Under the pieces are notes generated by a model, which had not been told where the DNA came from, did no database searches, and saw nothing but the letters and a program-made list of their open reading frames with translations. From Candidatus Bathyarchaeota archaeon (GTDB lineage: Archaea; Thermoproteota; Bathyarchaeia; Bathyarchaeales; DTEX01), in assembly GCA_963714275.1 (NCBI GenBank), contig CAVQNT010000002.1, forward strand, positions 32,001 through 96,000: DNA of 64,000 nucleotides. Reading direction: 5' to 3'. Position 1 is the first letter of the stretch. Every line of letters starts with the position of its first letter. Of the stretch, positions 47,765 through 59,151 are shown piece after piece. The position numbers and the translations under genes are program-made.

Positions 47765-48433
47765 ATGAAAAAGCCACACCTCAACGATTTTAACCTCACG
47801 GAAGACTCTCTAAAGGAACAACGCCGAAAGCGATTTAAATTGAAGTTTGTAATGGTCCCCATGTCGTTGTTGGTTGTTGTTGCTAACTATTGGTTCTGGC
47901 TATCGGCTTTCGGCGCAATTGGTAATTGGTCTTTACTTGGGCTATTTTTAACCCTTTGGGGGGTAATTCCCGGTGTGGCTTCATATATGCTATTGGATAG
48001 CTACTTGGGGGAGCGCTCCTATGGCGGCTTAAAACGTTACGAAAGTGCTAAAAAGCATTATGACCAGTGGTTTGTTAGAACCCAATTTGCCTTTTGGGAC
48101 GCTTTAACTGGCAGGCAATTCGAGTATGAAGTTACAAATTTATTAAATAAAGCGGGGTACTCCGCAAGACTTACCCCGGCATCAGGCGATAAAGGTGTGG
48201 ACGTGCTCCTATCAGACGGAACCATTATCCAGTGCAAGACACATAAATCGCGCGTGTCCCCATTGGTAGCAAGGGAACTATATGGCACCCTTCAGCATTT
48301 TAAAGCGCCGCGAGCAATACTGATTTCGAAGAATGGATTTTCAAAAGGAGTTTACGAGTTTGTTCATGGAAAAAACATCGCGCTGTGGGATGTAAATAGC
48401 CTGATCGAAATGCAAAAAAGACAAGACAATTGA
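47765..48433 (+). CDS. Gene cassette 3: membrane-anchored Mrr-like (PD-(D/E)xK) endonuclease
   Basis: Two TM helices, then FE...L...GY, SGDKGVD, IIQCK, VARELYG, GFSKG. Confidence 0.82.
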   Translation: MKKPHLNDFNLTEDSLKEQRRKRFKLKFVMVPMSLLVVVANYWFWLSAFGAIGNWSLLGLFLTLWGVIPGVASYMLLDSYLGERSYGGLKRYESAKKHYDQWFVRTQFAFWDALTGRQFEYEVTNLLNKAGYSARLTPASGDKGVDVLLSDGTIIQCKTHKSRVSPLVARELYGTLQHFKAPRAILISKNGFSKGVYEFVHGKNIALWDVNSLIEMQKRQDN

Positions 48434-48454
48434 TTCTTCTAGGAACCCGATTCT

Positions 48455-49085
48455 AGGCGTAGGAAGCGAGGAGCCTGCGAAACACAACGATTTTGATCCC
48501 AAACGCCATGCTGTTCAGTGCGCTTGTAATAAATTACACTCCGAAGGATCAGGGCGAACGCATCAGTCTGTCGAACAAACGTAAAGCAATGGCTGGGTCG
48601 CCTCAATCCGCCTTCATGCTTGACGAGTTCGTATTGCGGCTGAGTCTCGACTCAGACTGGGATGAAGCAGAAAAAATTCCCTCGACGCAGCAAAAGAAGT
48701 GACTGCAGATGTTATCAAAAAAACGGGCCAAGAGCCATACATCCGAGCGGATATGACTGACTGGTACGGCGTCTTTATGAGGCTCAGGTTTATGACCTTA
48801 GCCACGGACAGACCTATAGTAATACACGAAATTTCGAAAAAGGTCTACAAAGCAATACAAGCAAGCAAAAACGTAGACCTCGCCATACCCTACATTTACT
48901 CGTACAAAAAAGGCTTCCAGTGGGCACCTCCATTCTCTCTGGACAACGTGAACACGACAAGGAAGATTACACCTAACAACACGATGTTGATTTGTTCAAA
49001 CTGCGGAACAGAAAACGCGGGCGACTCAACATACTGTAACAAGTGCAGCAACAAATTGGCACTATCTGTAGACTATGTAAAGTAA
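48455..49085 (+). CDS. 5'-truncated MscS-family channel C-terminus with zinc ribbon (frameshifted); start of the archaeal-like segment
   Basis: LIPNAMLF...NY, LDE, DSDWDEAEKI, QEPYIRAD, VDLAIPY, CSNCG...YCNKC; TM part absent. Confidence 0.65.
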
Positions 49086-49444
49086 ATTGAAAACAGCTAA
49101 TTGAACCGTTAAGAATTCTACTTTTTCAGATTCCAATGGTAAAAAAAGTATTCTAAATATTCATCTCGTATTAACAGCATCTAAGTAATTAAATTTATAT
49201 CCCCAAACCCAAACACACGCTCTCTCTACCTTCCGTGACGATCAGTCAGACGGAGAGACGGACAGACAGAAATATATATCGCACAAAAAACTCTAGACGA
49301 AGACATGTATGTCTAATCGTTTCCGTGGTAGTAACAGGCAAACCACCAAATCCAAGATGTATACCTAAATTCTTTTTCTGGACTCATCGTTAACCATCTA
49401 GATGTTAAAAGTACATTGCCGTTACTTAGTGAGTGATTTGAGTT

Positions 49445-50136
49445 TTATGTCAACCTAATAGTGTATCGATTGCCTACCGATGGCTTATATAAGTCGTCTC
49501 CATCAAACTTTGAATAGATATCAATGGTGTTGCGCCACCAACCCATTCTTTTGACTATACATTCTATGTTGAAAGTCCCATCGCTCTAGTAGTCCCAGAA
49601 GCCATAAGGTTATCCCTCCTCGTACGTCTTACGTCAAAAATATGGATTCTGGCTCCATCTATGCTTTCTCCTTCATTAGTGCTGACCATTTTTCCAGTGA
49701 AATGTATAGTTGAATTTGCCTGAACGATACTTAAGGGTTCGTCTAAAGTGAGAGTACTTTCTTTCTTAGAAGCATATAGCCTTGGAGGATTACTTTTCGG
49801 TTGGCAGTAGATTTCCTTTTTTTCGATTCGAATCTTGTAGTGATATCTTGATTCCTGCGAAGGTGTGAAATTGACAAGCGTTTTTTCAGTTGAAAGCGGA
49901 GAAAGTGCCAACGCGAAGAATTCTTTCATTACCTTCTCGGCAAGTAAGGTGACAGTATCTCTGTAGATCTCCACCTCTACTAGGCTTGAAATTGTTTTTT
50001 TTCGCATTGGATTCTCAACTTGTATTTCAATTTGAACTGGATCATAAACTGAACATGTTGAAATCATCTGTCCTTCAGAATCCGTCCACCTTGACGAAAT
50101 ATATTGAAGAGTAGATTCATTTATCAAACATCTCAC
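49445..50136 (-). CDS. Hypothetical beta-rich protein (frameshift near 49575)
   Basis: 190-aa ORF with FTGKMV...IDGARIHI Ig-like segment; continues in another frame. Confidence 0.5.
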
Positions 50137-50175
50137 CTCAAAGGCTTTAGGTTCGGGAGAACACTACCTCATCCT

Positions 50176-50388
50176 TTATGGTAGATATGCGTAGATTAGG
50201 CAACATATTATTGCTAGAAAGCTTCCGACAAGTCCCCACATTATCCAATCCATCTCCAAGATTTGAGGAAAGACCTCAAGAAGGATTGGCAATGCTTTAA
50301 AGTAGACGAAGTTAACCGCTATGCCTAATAGAAATCCGACAAACCCAATAATAACGATCGCTCCAAGCATTTTTGATTTTTGTTCCAT
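50176..50388 (-). CDS. Small 2-TM membrane protein
   Basis: Hydrophobic 70-aa ORF co-oriented with its neighbour. Confidence 0.55.
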   Translation of the reverse strand: MEQKSKMLGAIVIIGFVGFLLGIAVNFVYFKALPILLEVFPQILEMDWIMWGLVGSFLAIICCLIYAYLP

Positions 50389-50472
50389 CTATTTCACACT
50401 CTTTGACAAACTTTGACGATGTATCATCACAATGCTAGGTGAATCTTTTAGGGGTATTTTTATTTTCTCATT

Positions 50473-50736
50473 ATGCTGGGCATCATGATCATATTATGCC
50501 GATATTGTACTCCTTGGGATCAGGTGTTCTGCTTAACGCTTTTTCTAGTGAGATTATGTTTTGCTATTATGTCAATTGAAGGTAGGCATGGCAAAAGTAG
50601 ACTGTTTGTTTTTGCAGCTCTTCCAGCAATCTGGTTTCTTATGGTTCATTGGTTGGTCATTATATTACATTGGAGAGAGAAGAGATTTGAAGACGGGAAG
50701 GTTCGTTCGGTTACTAACATTAGTGGGCAAAGATAA
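50473..50736 (+). CDS. Hypothetical membrane protein (uncertain)
   Basis: Hydrophobic ORF only. Confidence 0.3.
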   Translation: MLGIMIILCRYCTPWDQVFCLTLFLVRLCFAIMSIEGRHGKSRLFVFAALPAIWFLMVHWLVIILHWREKRFEDGKVRSVTNISGQR

Positions 50737-50989
50737 TTGTCCGTAAAATCGGTTGATAAAAGACTATATAATATTAAGTCTTCCAGATATCTTCTAGCAG
50801 TCATCTAATAAATTTCAATCCCTTAACCCAAACCTTTTATCCGTTTTCTCGTTCTTTCATTCTTGTTTTTTCACTTTTTCTTTTCCTATGAGTCAGTCCT
50901 TCTAAACTGAACTCTGAATGTGCGTTTCACAAATCATTAGTTCTCTCTGCAGAAAGATACTAGGCATTATAATACTCGAGTGACCCTAT

Positions 50990-51199
50990 GTGCAGATTAC
51001 CACGATTCTAAAGAATTTCTTCGCATGTAAATACTCATATAAATGCAAATATTATCAGCCGAGTACGTTCACATGCCGTAACCTTGGCGAGGTAGGCTAC
51101 TGCGGAAAATATCGTGAAATGGAAAGATGTGAACGAGAAATCAAGACACAACATTTACATCGTTGCATGAGACTAGCTAGCTCATTTACAATACATTAA
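50990..51199 (+). CDS. Small Cys-rich hypothetical protein
   Basis: CKYSYKCKYY...TC...YCGKY pattern. Confidence 0.4.
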   Translation: MQITTILKNFFACKYSYKCKYYQPSTFTCRNLGEVGYCGKYREMERCEREIKTQHLHRCMRLASSFTIH

Positions 51200-52150
51200 C
51201 GGGTTTGTTCGTTGCCCCAAATGCCATGTGAAGGTTCAGGCTCTACATATTTTCTTACTCTGACATTATCAAACCTGGCGTATGCCCCATAATGATTTGC
51301 TAATCCAATTTCACCTGGTCCTGAATACTGTGTTTCTGTTACAGTGGACTTAAGGTTGTTATTGCTGTATATCTCGAATGTGGAATCATTTATGGCTAGT
51401 TTTACTTTTTGCCACTGATTTGCAATGCCAAATCTCGTTACATCGTCGCCGAAATCTTCCCAATCGCTATATGGAGGTGTCATCCATGGTGATTCCTCGT
51501 CAGAACGGCAATCCCATCTTCCTTTATAGCCAGTATTTGCTGAATAATTTCCTCTGAATATAATTTCGGGAAGTGCGTCTGTTGCCGGGTAAACATCAGC
51601 CTCTATTATGCCATTTTGGAACCCAGTATAAATTGCGTCTGAACCAATAACGGCAAATCCATAAGGCCAATCTGTAAAACCCCCACCTATTTCCAAACTT
51701 GGAGCCGGATTACCATAACTAGATGTAATAGTCTACATCCGTATCTATGTGAATATTCCATTTGCTCAAGTCTCCGCTAAAATCGTCAAAGAATATGAAG
51801 GTATTATCTCCACTGCTTGTTGTAGTTACTATGGGATTGCCATAATAAAGATAGATTGTTTGTATTTGTCCAGTTAAGTTGCCTGCTATCTCTACCCAAA
51901 AAGTTGCATTCTTATCAACATTCAAAGATTCCCGCCAATAATCCAATAGAATTCCGTTTACAGTAGTGAATCGGATATCACCGAAATCGCTTCTAACCTT
52001 ATTATTAATATATACCGTCTCTCCGTTGTCAGTTCCAGTACCATTTACTACAACAATCCTAATCTGGTAGTTAGTTCCTGCGTTTGTTCCAATCCCACTA
52101 ATAATATGACTTTTTCGATAATTCCAATTATTATTAAACCACTTTTTCAT
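51196..52150 (-). CDS. DUF2341-domain protein with lectin/LamG-like C-terminus (frameshift near 51720)
   Basis: WNYRKSH, DFGDIRFT, LDYW, FWVEI, IYLYYGN, FFDDF ... FDNVRVRKY..PEP. Confidence 0.8.
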
Positions 52151-52380
52151 TATTGTTTGAGTGAAGTTAAGTGATTGCTGCTCATAAATGAAAGCATATG
52201 CAAACTAGGTATCATAAAATTTATTATGATTAATAGGAAAACCAACTGAACCGATTTTTTAGTCATTAAAAAAACAGTTGTATAATCAGTATTTCAAAAT
52301 AATGAATTAAGGGTTCATACAGTATGTTCATAACGTTTTTTAAATTACTGAATTCAAGTTAAATTAAAAAAAATACAGGA

Positions 52381-52907
52381 GTGTCTATATTGGAAAGAAA
52401 GAATTTACTCAGTGTTCTTTTTCTAATACTGAGCATTGCTGCAGTTTCGGTTTCAGCATATGTCTATGAACAAGCACAGCAACAAGTAACGCAGACCATT
52501 AAAGAGATTGCAACTATAACTTTGAAAAATTCTACTTTAGATAATCTGGAAGAGGGACAGACTCTATTTTATACGAAATCAAATGTTACGAATCTTGGAG
52601 CAGCCATTACGCTTACAACAACAAAAACCAACGTTTACATGCACTTGAGCAGTAACCTAGCAAGCCAAAGCACCTATTACTCAACATTCAACGTTGCCGT
52701 AAAAATTATCACAAAACCCTCCGGAGGAGCCCATAGCATAAATGAAATAGTATGCACGTTATCATTAGCTTCGCCAAACTCTGGCGCAATCACTCTAGAC
52801 GTGCTAGGAACTTGGACCTTCGACTTCGAAGTAACCACCACAGCTAAATCAGTTAGTCAGATCAGTCAACTATTGTAACTATCACAGTGACAGCTGAAAG
52901 CACTTAG
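52381..52907 (+). CDS. Secreted/surface hypothetical protein (frameshift near the 3' end)
   Basis: N-terminal signal/TM segment; Thr-rich beta-strand content. Confidence 0.55.
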
Positions 52908-52918
52908 GCAAACAGAAC

Positions 52919-53158
52919 TTGAACCCGAAAAAGAAGCTACTATACATTTTTCTTTTTATTATTCTAAATATATGGATAGTTTCGCTTCTGGCAATTTACC
53001 TTCCCATAACCAATTTGGTAACACCCACTTTCCCCTTAACCCAAAACAACCAATTATTAACGATCTTCCTAGTGTCTACTGCCTTATCTTCAATCTCTAC
53101 CTTCCTGATAGGCTTAGATGAACTGGGAAAACTTCCAAATGTAAGATCAAAACATTAG
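52919..53158 (+). CDS. Small 2-TM protein
   Basis: Hydrophobic ORF directly after the previous gene. Confidence 0.4.
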   Translation: MNPKKKLLYIFLFIILNIWIVSLLAIYLPITNLVTPTFPLTQNNQLLTIFLVSTALSSISTFLIGLDELGKLPNVRSKH

Positions 53159-53626
53159 ATACCTGATGTAACTGCAATCCTTGGCATCCACGGTTCTTTT
53201 CCGTCTCTCAAATACTTGGCTAATAACAAGGATTAAAATTTAATCTCCATACACACATTTCTACGCACTCCCACCTTCTTTCTTCCATATCTACACTTTT
53301 CTCCACATCACACGTAGAATGATCAGACTATGATAGTTTTTTAAAAAGACTGCAATTGTTAAGGGTATTATAAGCCAAAAGTTAGGAACTGGAATCTTAA
53401 CTTTAATTTTTATTGGATTAGGCTGTTCAATTAAGGTCCTGTTATCTGGAAATCTGTTCCAATAGGTGAAATAGTCAGCTACTTGAAGAAGCTGTCGCTG
53501 CCATCATCACTTGTGGTTACACCAGCCTTAGATATAGCCAAAGCTAAGTAAAAATGCCGTAGCTAATCAGTTACAACAAGTGAAATTTATTTCACCAAAC
53601 AGATAAATAATTGATAATATTCTTTC

Positions 53627-54469
53627 ATGCTTGAAGTTATGAATCTTCAGAACGAGTTTAATAATGGATTCTTTAAAGTCATCTCGCATCCCGCTAGGAG
53701 AGAGATTGTAGAATGTTTGCTGGATAGAAATTTGTCATTTATAGAACTCCTTAACATGATTGGTAAGAGTAATCATGGCGATTTTGGTTATCATTTAAGA
53801 ATTCTGAAGGAGTTCGTTGAACTTGAGCCTTCAAGTAAGAAATACCGTTTAACTTACAAAGGAAGGTTATTGACTGGAGTGATTAAGGATTTTCGTTCAA
53901 TTATTTTGTTTTGCTCAGAATGCGCGAGATATGCCCAAAATCTTAGGTTAGGAGACCATGCCTTAGCATTATATACTGATGAAGACTTCAAAAACAGGAT
54001 AACATTTCCATACCTAAAAGCGGGACTACTCAAAAATGAAGCGGTTGTATACCTAGTATCGGAAAACAAGTTGGATTCGAAGGTTCGAGAAGCCAAGAGA
54101 TATGGCATTGACCTTGACAACTTAGAAAAAGAAGCTTTTACATTGAAGTCAGCTTATGAATGGTTCATTGAAAAGGGGAAAGCTGAAATCTGAAACAATT
54201 ATATCCAATTGGACGGCACTTGTTGAAGAGAAGAAGAAGCTGGATTTACGGGACTACGTGTTGCTGGAGAACCTGAGGTTTTCGTTGACTATGCAAAGAC
54301 TACTGAGCTACTAAGATACGAAGAGCTTCTGGGTAGGCAATTCAACATGGATATTGTCGGGTTGTGCCTCTACGATTTCGATAGATGGGATAAAGAGCAG
54401 TTTGTTCAAGCTTGCAGAGCTCATGGTCACATAATCTCCAAAGGTGTAGTGGGCAAAATGATACAGTGA
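53627..54469 (+). CDS. ArsR-type HTH + MEDS sensory domain regulator (indels near 54190 and 54240)
   Basis: FKVISHPARREI...YHLRIL..YRLT HTH; GDHALALY...FPYLKAGL, GFTGLRVAGE, CLYD, HGH. Confidence 0.78.
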
Positions 54470-54949
54470 AGTTTTCCTTTGTTTAGTGAACAAATTCATG
54501 GTTAAGAAAGAAGTCTTTGAATAGATAAAAACTGGACTTGAGTGATATGCACATTTTCCTGTAGATTCCGTGACTTGCATTCTAGCTAGCGCGCGCTATT
54601 ACCTGCAGTTAACGGTTTTATGGCTATTAATGGTTCTCTAATTTTTATAAGACTTTTTATCATGCGATTTTGAGTGGAAACATCGTGAATCCCGTCTGGT
54701 TAAGGGGGCATAATATGCCTTGAAACTGATTCCCCCTTTTCCATGATTCCAAACACTTAGCTAGCTATTTGTGTAAAATAAATATAAAATAGGAAAAGGT
54801 TTTGATTTTGGTTTGGTTATTAGAGGAAGGTAAAATTCATAATTTTCATTCTCATACATTTATTATTGGCTTCCTTAATTTTTTTTGGAGAATTGAAGTC
54901 TGAATGAAAATCATAGTCTAAGTCTAGAAGAAACGTTGAGGGAAAAACA

Positions 54950-55240
54950 TTGAATGATAAAACCGTGTTATTGCTTCTCGGCTCCGTCGTTTTGTTAGCT
55001 TCTGGACTTGTTGACTTAGACTGGATGATTGTAGCTCCCAGATTTAACAGTTGGTACTATAGCGTAAGTTACTGGGAGTTTTCCCCGTTTTTCAAGATGG
55101 GCTGGTGGAACGCTTACTTTTACACTATAATGCGAACGATTCTAGGCTTTTTGGGTTTAGGTTATGTAGTTGGGAAGGAAACAAAAACGAATGAATTAGA
55201 TTTGTCAAGATCACAAGTAACGAGTTTGCAAATAGAGTGA
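54950..55240 (+). CDS. Small membrane protein
   Basis: Two hydrophobic segments. Confidence 0.45.
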   Translation: MNDKTVLLLLGSVVLLASGLVDLDWMIVAPRFNSWYYSVSYWEFSPFFKMGWWNAYFYTIMRTILGFLGLGYVVGKETKTNELDLSRSQVTSLQIE

Positions 55241-55509
55241 GTGAAACACACTTACACCTTCACCTATACACTAAGCACAAACATACACGAACGCATGAGA
55301 ACAAATAAGAAGAAAAAGATTAAAATTTAGTCACCACACACACTTTTATTCTTATTCTATCTCTCTCTACCTTACTCCGTATCACGTATATCCCGTATAT
55401 CACACAACAACACATTCAAACACGCATTAATTTCTAGAACATTCAATTACTTTTTTCACAAGTAATAATAGGAAAAATACCCCCTTTCTTTATATTAGTG
55501 GTAAGGTAA

Positions 55510-57543
55510 ATGATAAAAAATTTTATCGTTGATCCCAAGACCAAGAAGATTGCAGTCTCATTCGTATTAATTCTTTTTCTAATACCAATGTTGGTGCCGT
55601 CGAACACGGCGGCGGCAATGTCAATCACCCTTGATTCCCCGCTAGATTACACCGTAACGATGGATAATGAGCCTGATTTCAGTTTTACATTAGATTCTAG
55701 TGTTTCAACGGTAAGCTGTACCCTTTGGCTTCAAAAAACCTCATCCAGGACTCCAAAGTCTTATGGAACTAACAATAATGTGGTAAGTAGTGTATCTACC
55801 ACAATTACACCTTCCTCTCCCATACCGAATGGACAGTATCGGTGGTGGATAACCTGCTTTGATGGAACAACCACAATCAGTAGTCAGAAACGAACAATAA
55901 CAATAAACCTCTTCCGAGGAGACATGACATTCACAGCCAGCTACGATGGCAGCACAAGATACTACTGGCTGGATTTACCTGACAATTTTGACAATTCAGC
56001 ACCCACTCCCCTCGTAATATTCTTACACGGCTACGGAGGCAGCAGACTCAGCTACCCACAAAAGTACCCGTCTCTGAGACAAACATTCCAAAGCAACATT
56101 TGGATAGTTGCATCAGTAGACTGCCGTACAGTCAGCGGTTACCAGAACTGGTACACCGAACCATCAAGACGGGACATAACCGATGTTATGAACACAATAA
56201 GAAGCGACTACAACATCGACACCAACCACATACACATCATGGGAAACAGCATGGGCGGAGGCGGAGCACTCAAATACGCCATGTTCAACAACCAGGTAAT
56301 AGCAAGCCTAGTGGACATACACGGAATTACCGATTTCACCCAATTCTACTTCGAAACATCAACCTACAAAGCCTCGCTGATAGCGGCATATGGAGGAACT
56401 CCATCCCAAGTTCCTGACGTATACGCAGACGAAAGCGCCCTAGGAAATGAACAACGTTTCAGCCAAACACCGGTAATGATACTGCATGGAACCGCTGATA
56501 ACGTAGTAAGTGTAAGTCAATCACGTAATCTGTACCAGAGCCTGAGTGCACTCGGATACACAGTGAAGTATATCGAAGTGCCAGGTGTTGCTCATGACGC
56601 TTCAATTCTGATCAGCGGCAGGGAAATGGAGATTTTTAGCTGGCTCAGAGATCATCCATTACATACTGAAGAATCGCAACCTGTAACAATTACGATAACA
56701 TCAAACCCAACAGGCTTAGGCTTTGTCAAGGTTGATGGGAGTGCAGTAACAACTCCCCAAACCTACTTATGGAGTACAGGTTTTCAACATACTTTGGAAG
56801 CTATATCTCTGGTCAGCAGTGGAAGTGGGACACGATATGTTTGGGTTCAATGGAGTGATGGCGGAACTCAAAGTCACACTTACACAGTTCCTTCATCACC
56901 TCAAACAGTTACAGCCAACTACAAAACCCAATATTACTTAACAGTTAACTCTGCCTACGATTCTCCAGTTGGGGCAGGCTGGTATGATTCAGGCTCTACT
57001 GCATCATTCTCAGTAACCTCACCTGCCAGCGATAGCATAGGAACACAGTATGTTTGCACCGGTTATTCGGGAGACGCATCAGGCTCTGGAACAAGCGGCT
57101 CAATAGTTATGAACGGTCCTAAGACGGTTACATTCAACTGGAATAGCGCGCAGACGTGGGCACGTACATGGTATGTGTACTCGGGAAACCGATATAGTCC
57201 ATGGGGTCAGCTACTCGGTTCAGGCCCAAATGAAAATAACTTGAACTTTGATAACAACTGGGGCTCCAAGACGATAGCGTACAGCCGGTCAGACAAAATC
57301 GGGTTCGTGTCAACACGAAAAGTGAATCTTGCAGCAGGTTCATGGACATTCACGATTGGCGGAGATGATGGCGTCCGCTTATACATCGATGATAAGCTGG
57401 TAATTAATGGCTGGAAGAATCAAGCGTACACCACTTATTCCTATAAAACGAGCTTTTCAAACACCGCCGACCATACGCTCCGCCTCGAATACTATGAGTA
57501 TACGGGGAACGCCCACGTCTCATTCAATGTAAAACAAGGATAG
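55510..57543 (+). CDS. Secreted alpha/beta-hydrolase (esterase/S9-like) with repeat domains and C-terminal PA14 domain
   Basis: Signal peptide; LVIFLHG, GNSMGG, HGTADNVV, VAH triad; TQYYLTVNS repeats; DDGVRLYIDDKLVINGW and LRLEYYE. Confidence 0.85.
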   Translation: MIKNFIVDPKTKKIAVSFVLILFLIPMLVPSNTAAAMSITLDSPLDYTVTMDNEPDFSFTLDSSVSTVSCTLWLQKTSSRTPKSYGTNNNVVSSVSTTITPSSPIPNGQYRWWITCFDGTTTISSQKRTITINLFRGDMTFTASYDGSTRYYWLDLPDNFDNSAPTPLVIFLHGYGGSRLSYPQKYPSLRQTFQSNIWIVASVDCRTVSGYQNWYTEPSRRDITDVMNTIRSDYNIDTNHIHIMGNSMGGGGALKYAMFNNQVIASLVDIHGITDFTQFYFETSTYKASLIAAYGGTPSQVPDVYADESALGNEQRFSQTPVMILHGTADNVVSVSQSRNLYQSLSALGYTVKYIEVPGVAHDASILISGREMEIFSWLRDHPLHTEESQPVTITITSNPTGLGFVKVDGSAVTTPQTYLWSTGFQHTLEAISLVSSGSGTRYVWVQWSDGGTQSHTYTVPSSPQTVTANYKTQYYLTVNSAYDSPVGAGWYDSGSTASFSVTSPASDSIGTQYVCTGYSGDASGSGTSGSIVMNGPKTVTFNWNSAQTWARTWYVYSGNRYSPWGQLLGSGPNENNLNFDNNWGSKTIAYSRSDKIGFVSTRKVNLAAGSWTFTIGGDDGVRLYIDDKLVINGWKNQAYTTYSYKTSFSNTADHTLRLEYYEYTGNAHVSFNVKQG

Positions 57544-57669
57544 CGCTTCAATCATACATAAGTCAATATAGGTAGAAAGAATGAAAGAAAAAAGAGTTGG
57601 GATTTGAAAATAAAAGTTAATATTATTATACAATTATGAATAAAGGTCTTGATGTTTTGGGTGAGGCAC

Positions 57670-58764
57670 ATGAAAAGTAGAAAGATGATTAGCATAGTCC
57701 TCGTTTCTATTGCGTTAATATCGCTGACATCAACTCTAAATGTAAACTTAGAGGAAGAATATAGTTATCATGAATGTAGAATATGGGGAATTACTGCTAA
57801 CACTATACCATATAGTGTTGTCTTAGATCAACTTGTAAATCTCCCAAATTCATTGAAAAACCTCGGAGCTAGTAATCCAAATGGGTGGGGTCTCGCCTAT
57901 TACAGCAACATTGAACCAGTGGTTTTAAGAGGACAGCTTCCAGCAAACACAGACCCGCAATTTATTGTAGCTGCAGGGATAGTCGCTGCAAGTGGGGGAA
58001 CAATCGCTGTTGGCCATGTTAGAAAAGCTTCATCTGGGCTCATAAACATCCCAGACCCGCATCCGTTTGAACGTTTCAAGAATAATGATTGGTGGCTCTT
58101 CTGTCACAATGGCGGAATTGACAAGAACATTTTAATCAACCTCATTGGGACACAGTATTTAGCAAATAACCCGCCCTATGTAGGCAGTAACCAAAACGAG
58201 TGGATAGACTCTGAACTATATTTCATCTATATTCTGAAATGCTGCGAGGAAAACAACTGGAACATTGACCAAGGAATAACGACTGCAATAATAAACATCT
58301 GCAATAAGGTTCCAGGAACAAGCGAAACCCTAAACTTCATCCTAACAGATGGCACAACAATTATGGGGCTTCCGCAAAGGAAACACTTTATATTATTACT
58401 ACAATTCGCAGTACTCAGCCGTAGCCTCTCAGTACCCAACAAGCACCCAAAGCGGGTGGATATCATTAACCGACTTTAGCCTAATCAAACTAACCAGAAA
58501 CGCGGTACCATCAATAATACACACATGTTACATGTTAACAGTACTTGTTAAGGACTCGTCAACTGGAAGAACAATTTCTAACGCTAATGTCTACTAGATA
58601 ATGTCTACATGGGAACAACTAATAACAATGGCAAACTTGTCCTTCAAACCGTAGCTCCTGGATCACACTCTCTAAAAGTCACAAAGACAGGATACAACGA
58701 CAGCTCAACCACCATAAATGTCACATCAGACACAACAATAACAGTACGCTTAAAGAAAAAGTAA
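57670..58764 (+). CDS. Secreted class II glutamine-amidotransferase-like (YafJ/EgtC/Dug3 Ntn) protein with PEGA-like tail (frameshifts)
   Basis: HECRIWG, NGWG, HVRKASSG, PHPF, CHNGGI, DSE, LNFILTDG; tail GSHSLKVTKTGY. Confidence 0.75.
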
Positions 58765-58834
58765 CCCTTTAGCGCTATTTTTTCGGCTCCTTTATTACTA
58801 CACTTTCTCTCTTGGTGTTTAAACTTTTCTGGCC

Positions 58835-59132
58835 TCAACCTTTTTCAGCTTTCCTGTGAAAGTTACGTAAAACCATAGCAATAATTATTGCCATAAGTCC
58901 TTGCCAAAAGACAAGGTCGATGAGTAGAAATGGCATGTTAACACTCCATTTGTCAACAGGTCCAGCTATTGTATTTAAAGTATGAGTGGCCCAAACCAAA
59001 GGTAATCCAAAATTTACATGGACATAGTCAGGCCAAACCACCATAAATCCCCAAGCCAGCTAATGCTGTTAAGGTCATCCAGAAAACGATGAACAATAAT
59101 ATAGACACGACCATTTTATTGCCGAAGTTCAT
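58835..59132 (-). CDS. Small membrane protein (frameshifted)
   Basis: WPDYVHVNFGLPLVW...LLIDLVFW hydrophobic ORF. Confidence 0.5.
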
Positions 59133-59151
59133 ATACGCAATAAAAGGTTCA

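Noticed and set aside
54185-54250. TGA readthrough (selenocysteine) or programmed frameshift in the MEDS regulator
   Set aside because: The continuation is in a different frame and indels are ubiquitous in this window; no SECIS or slippery-site evidence.
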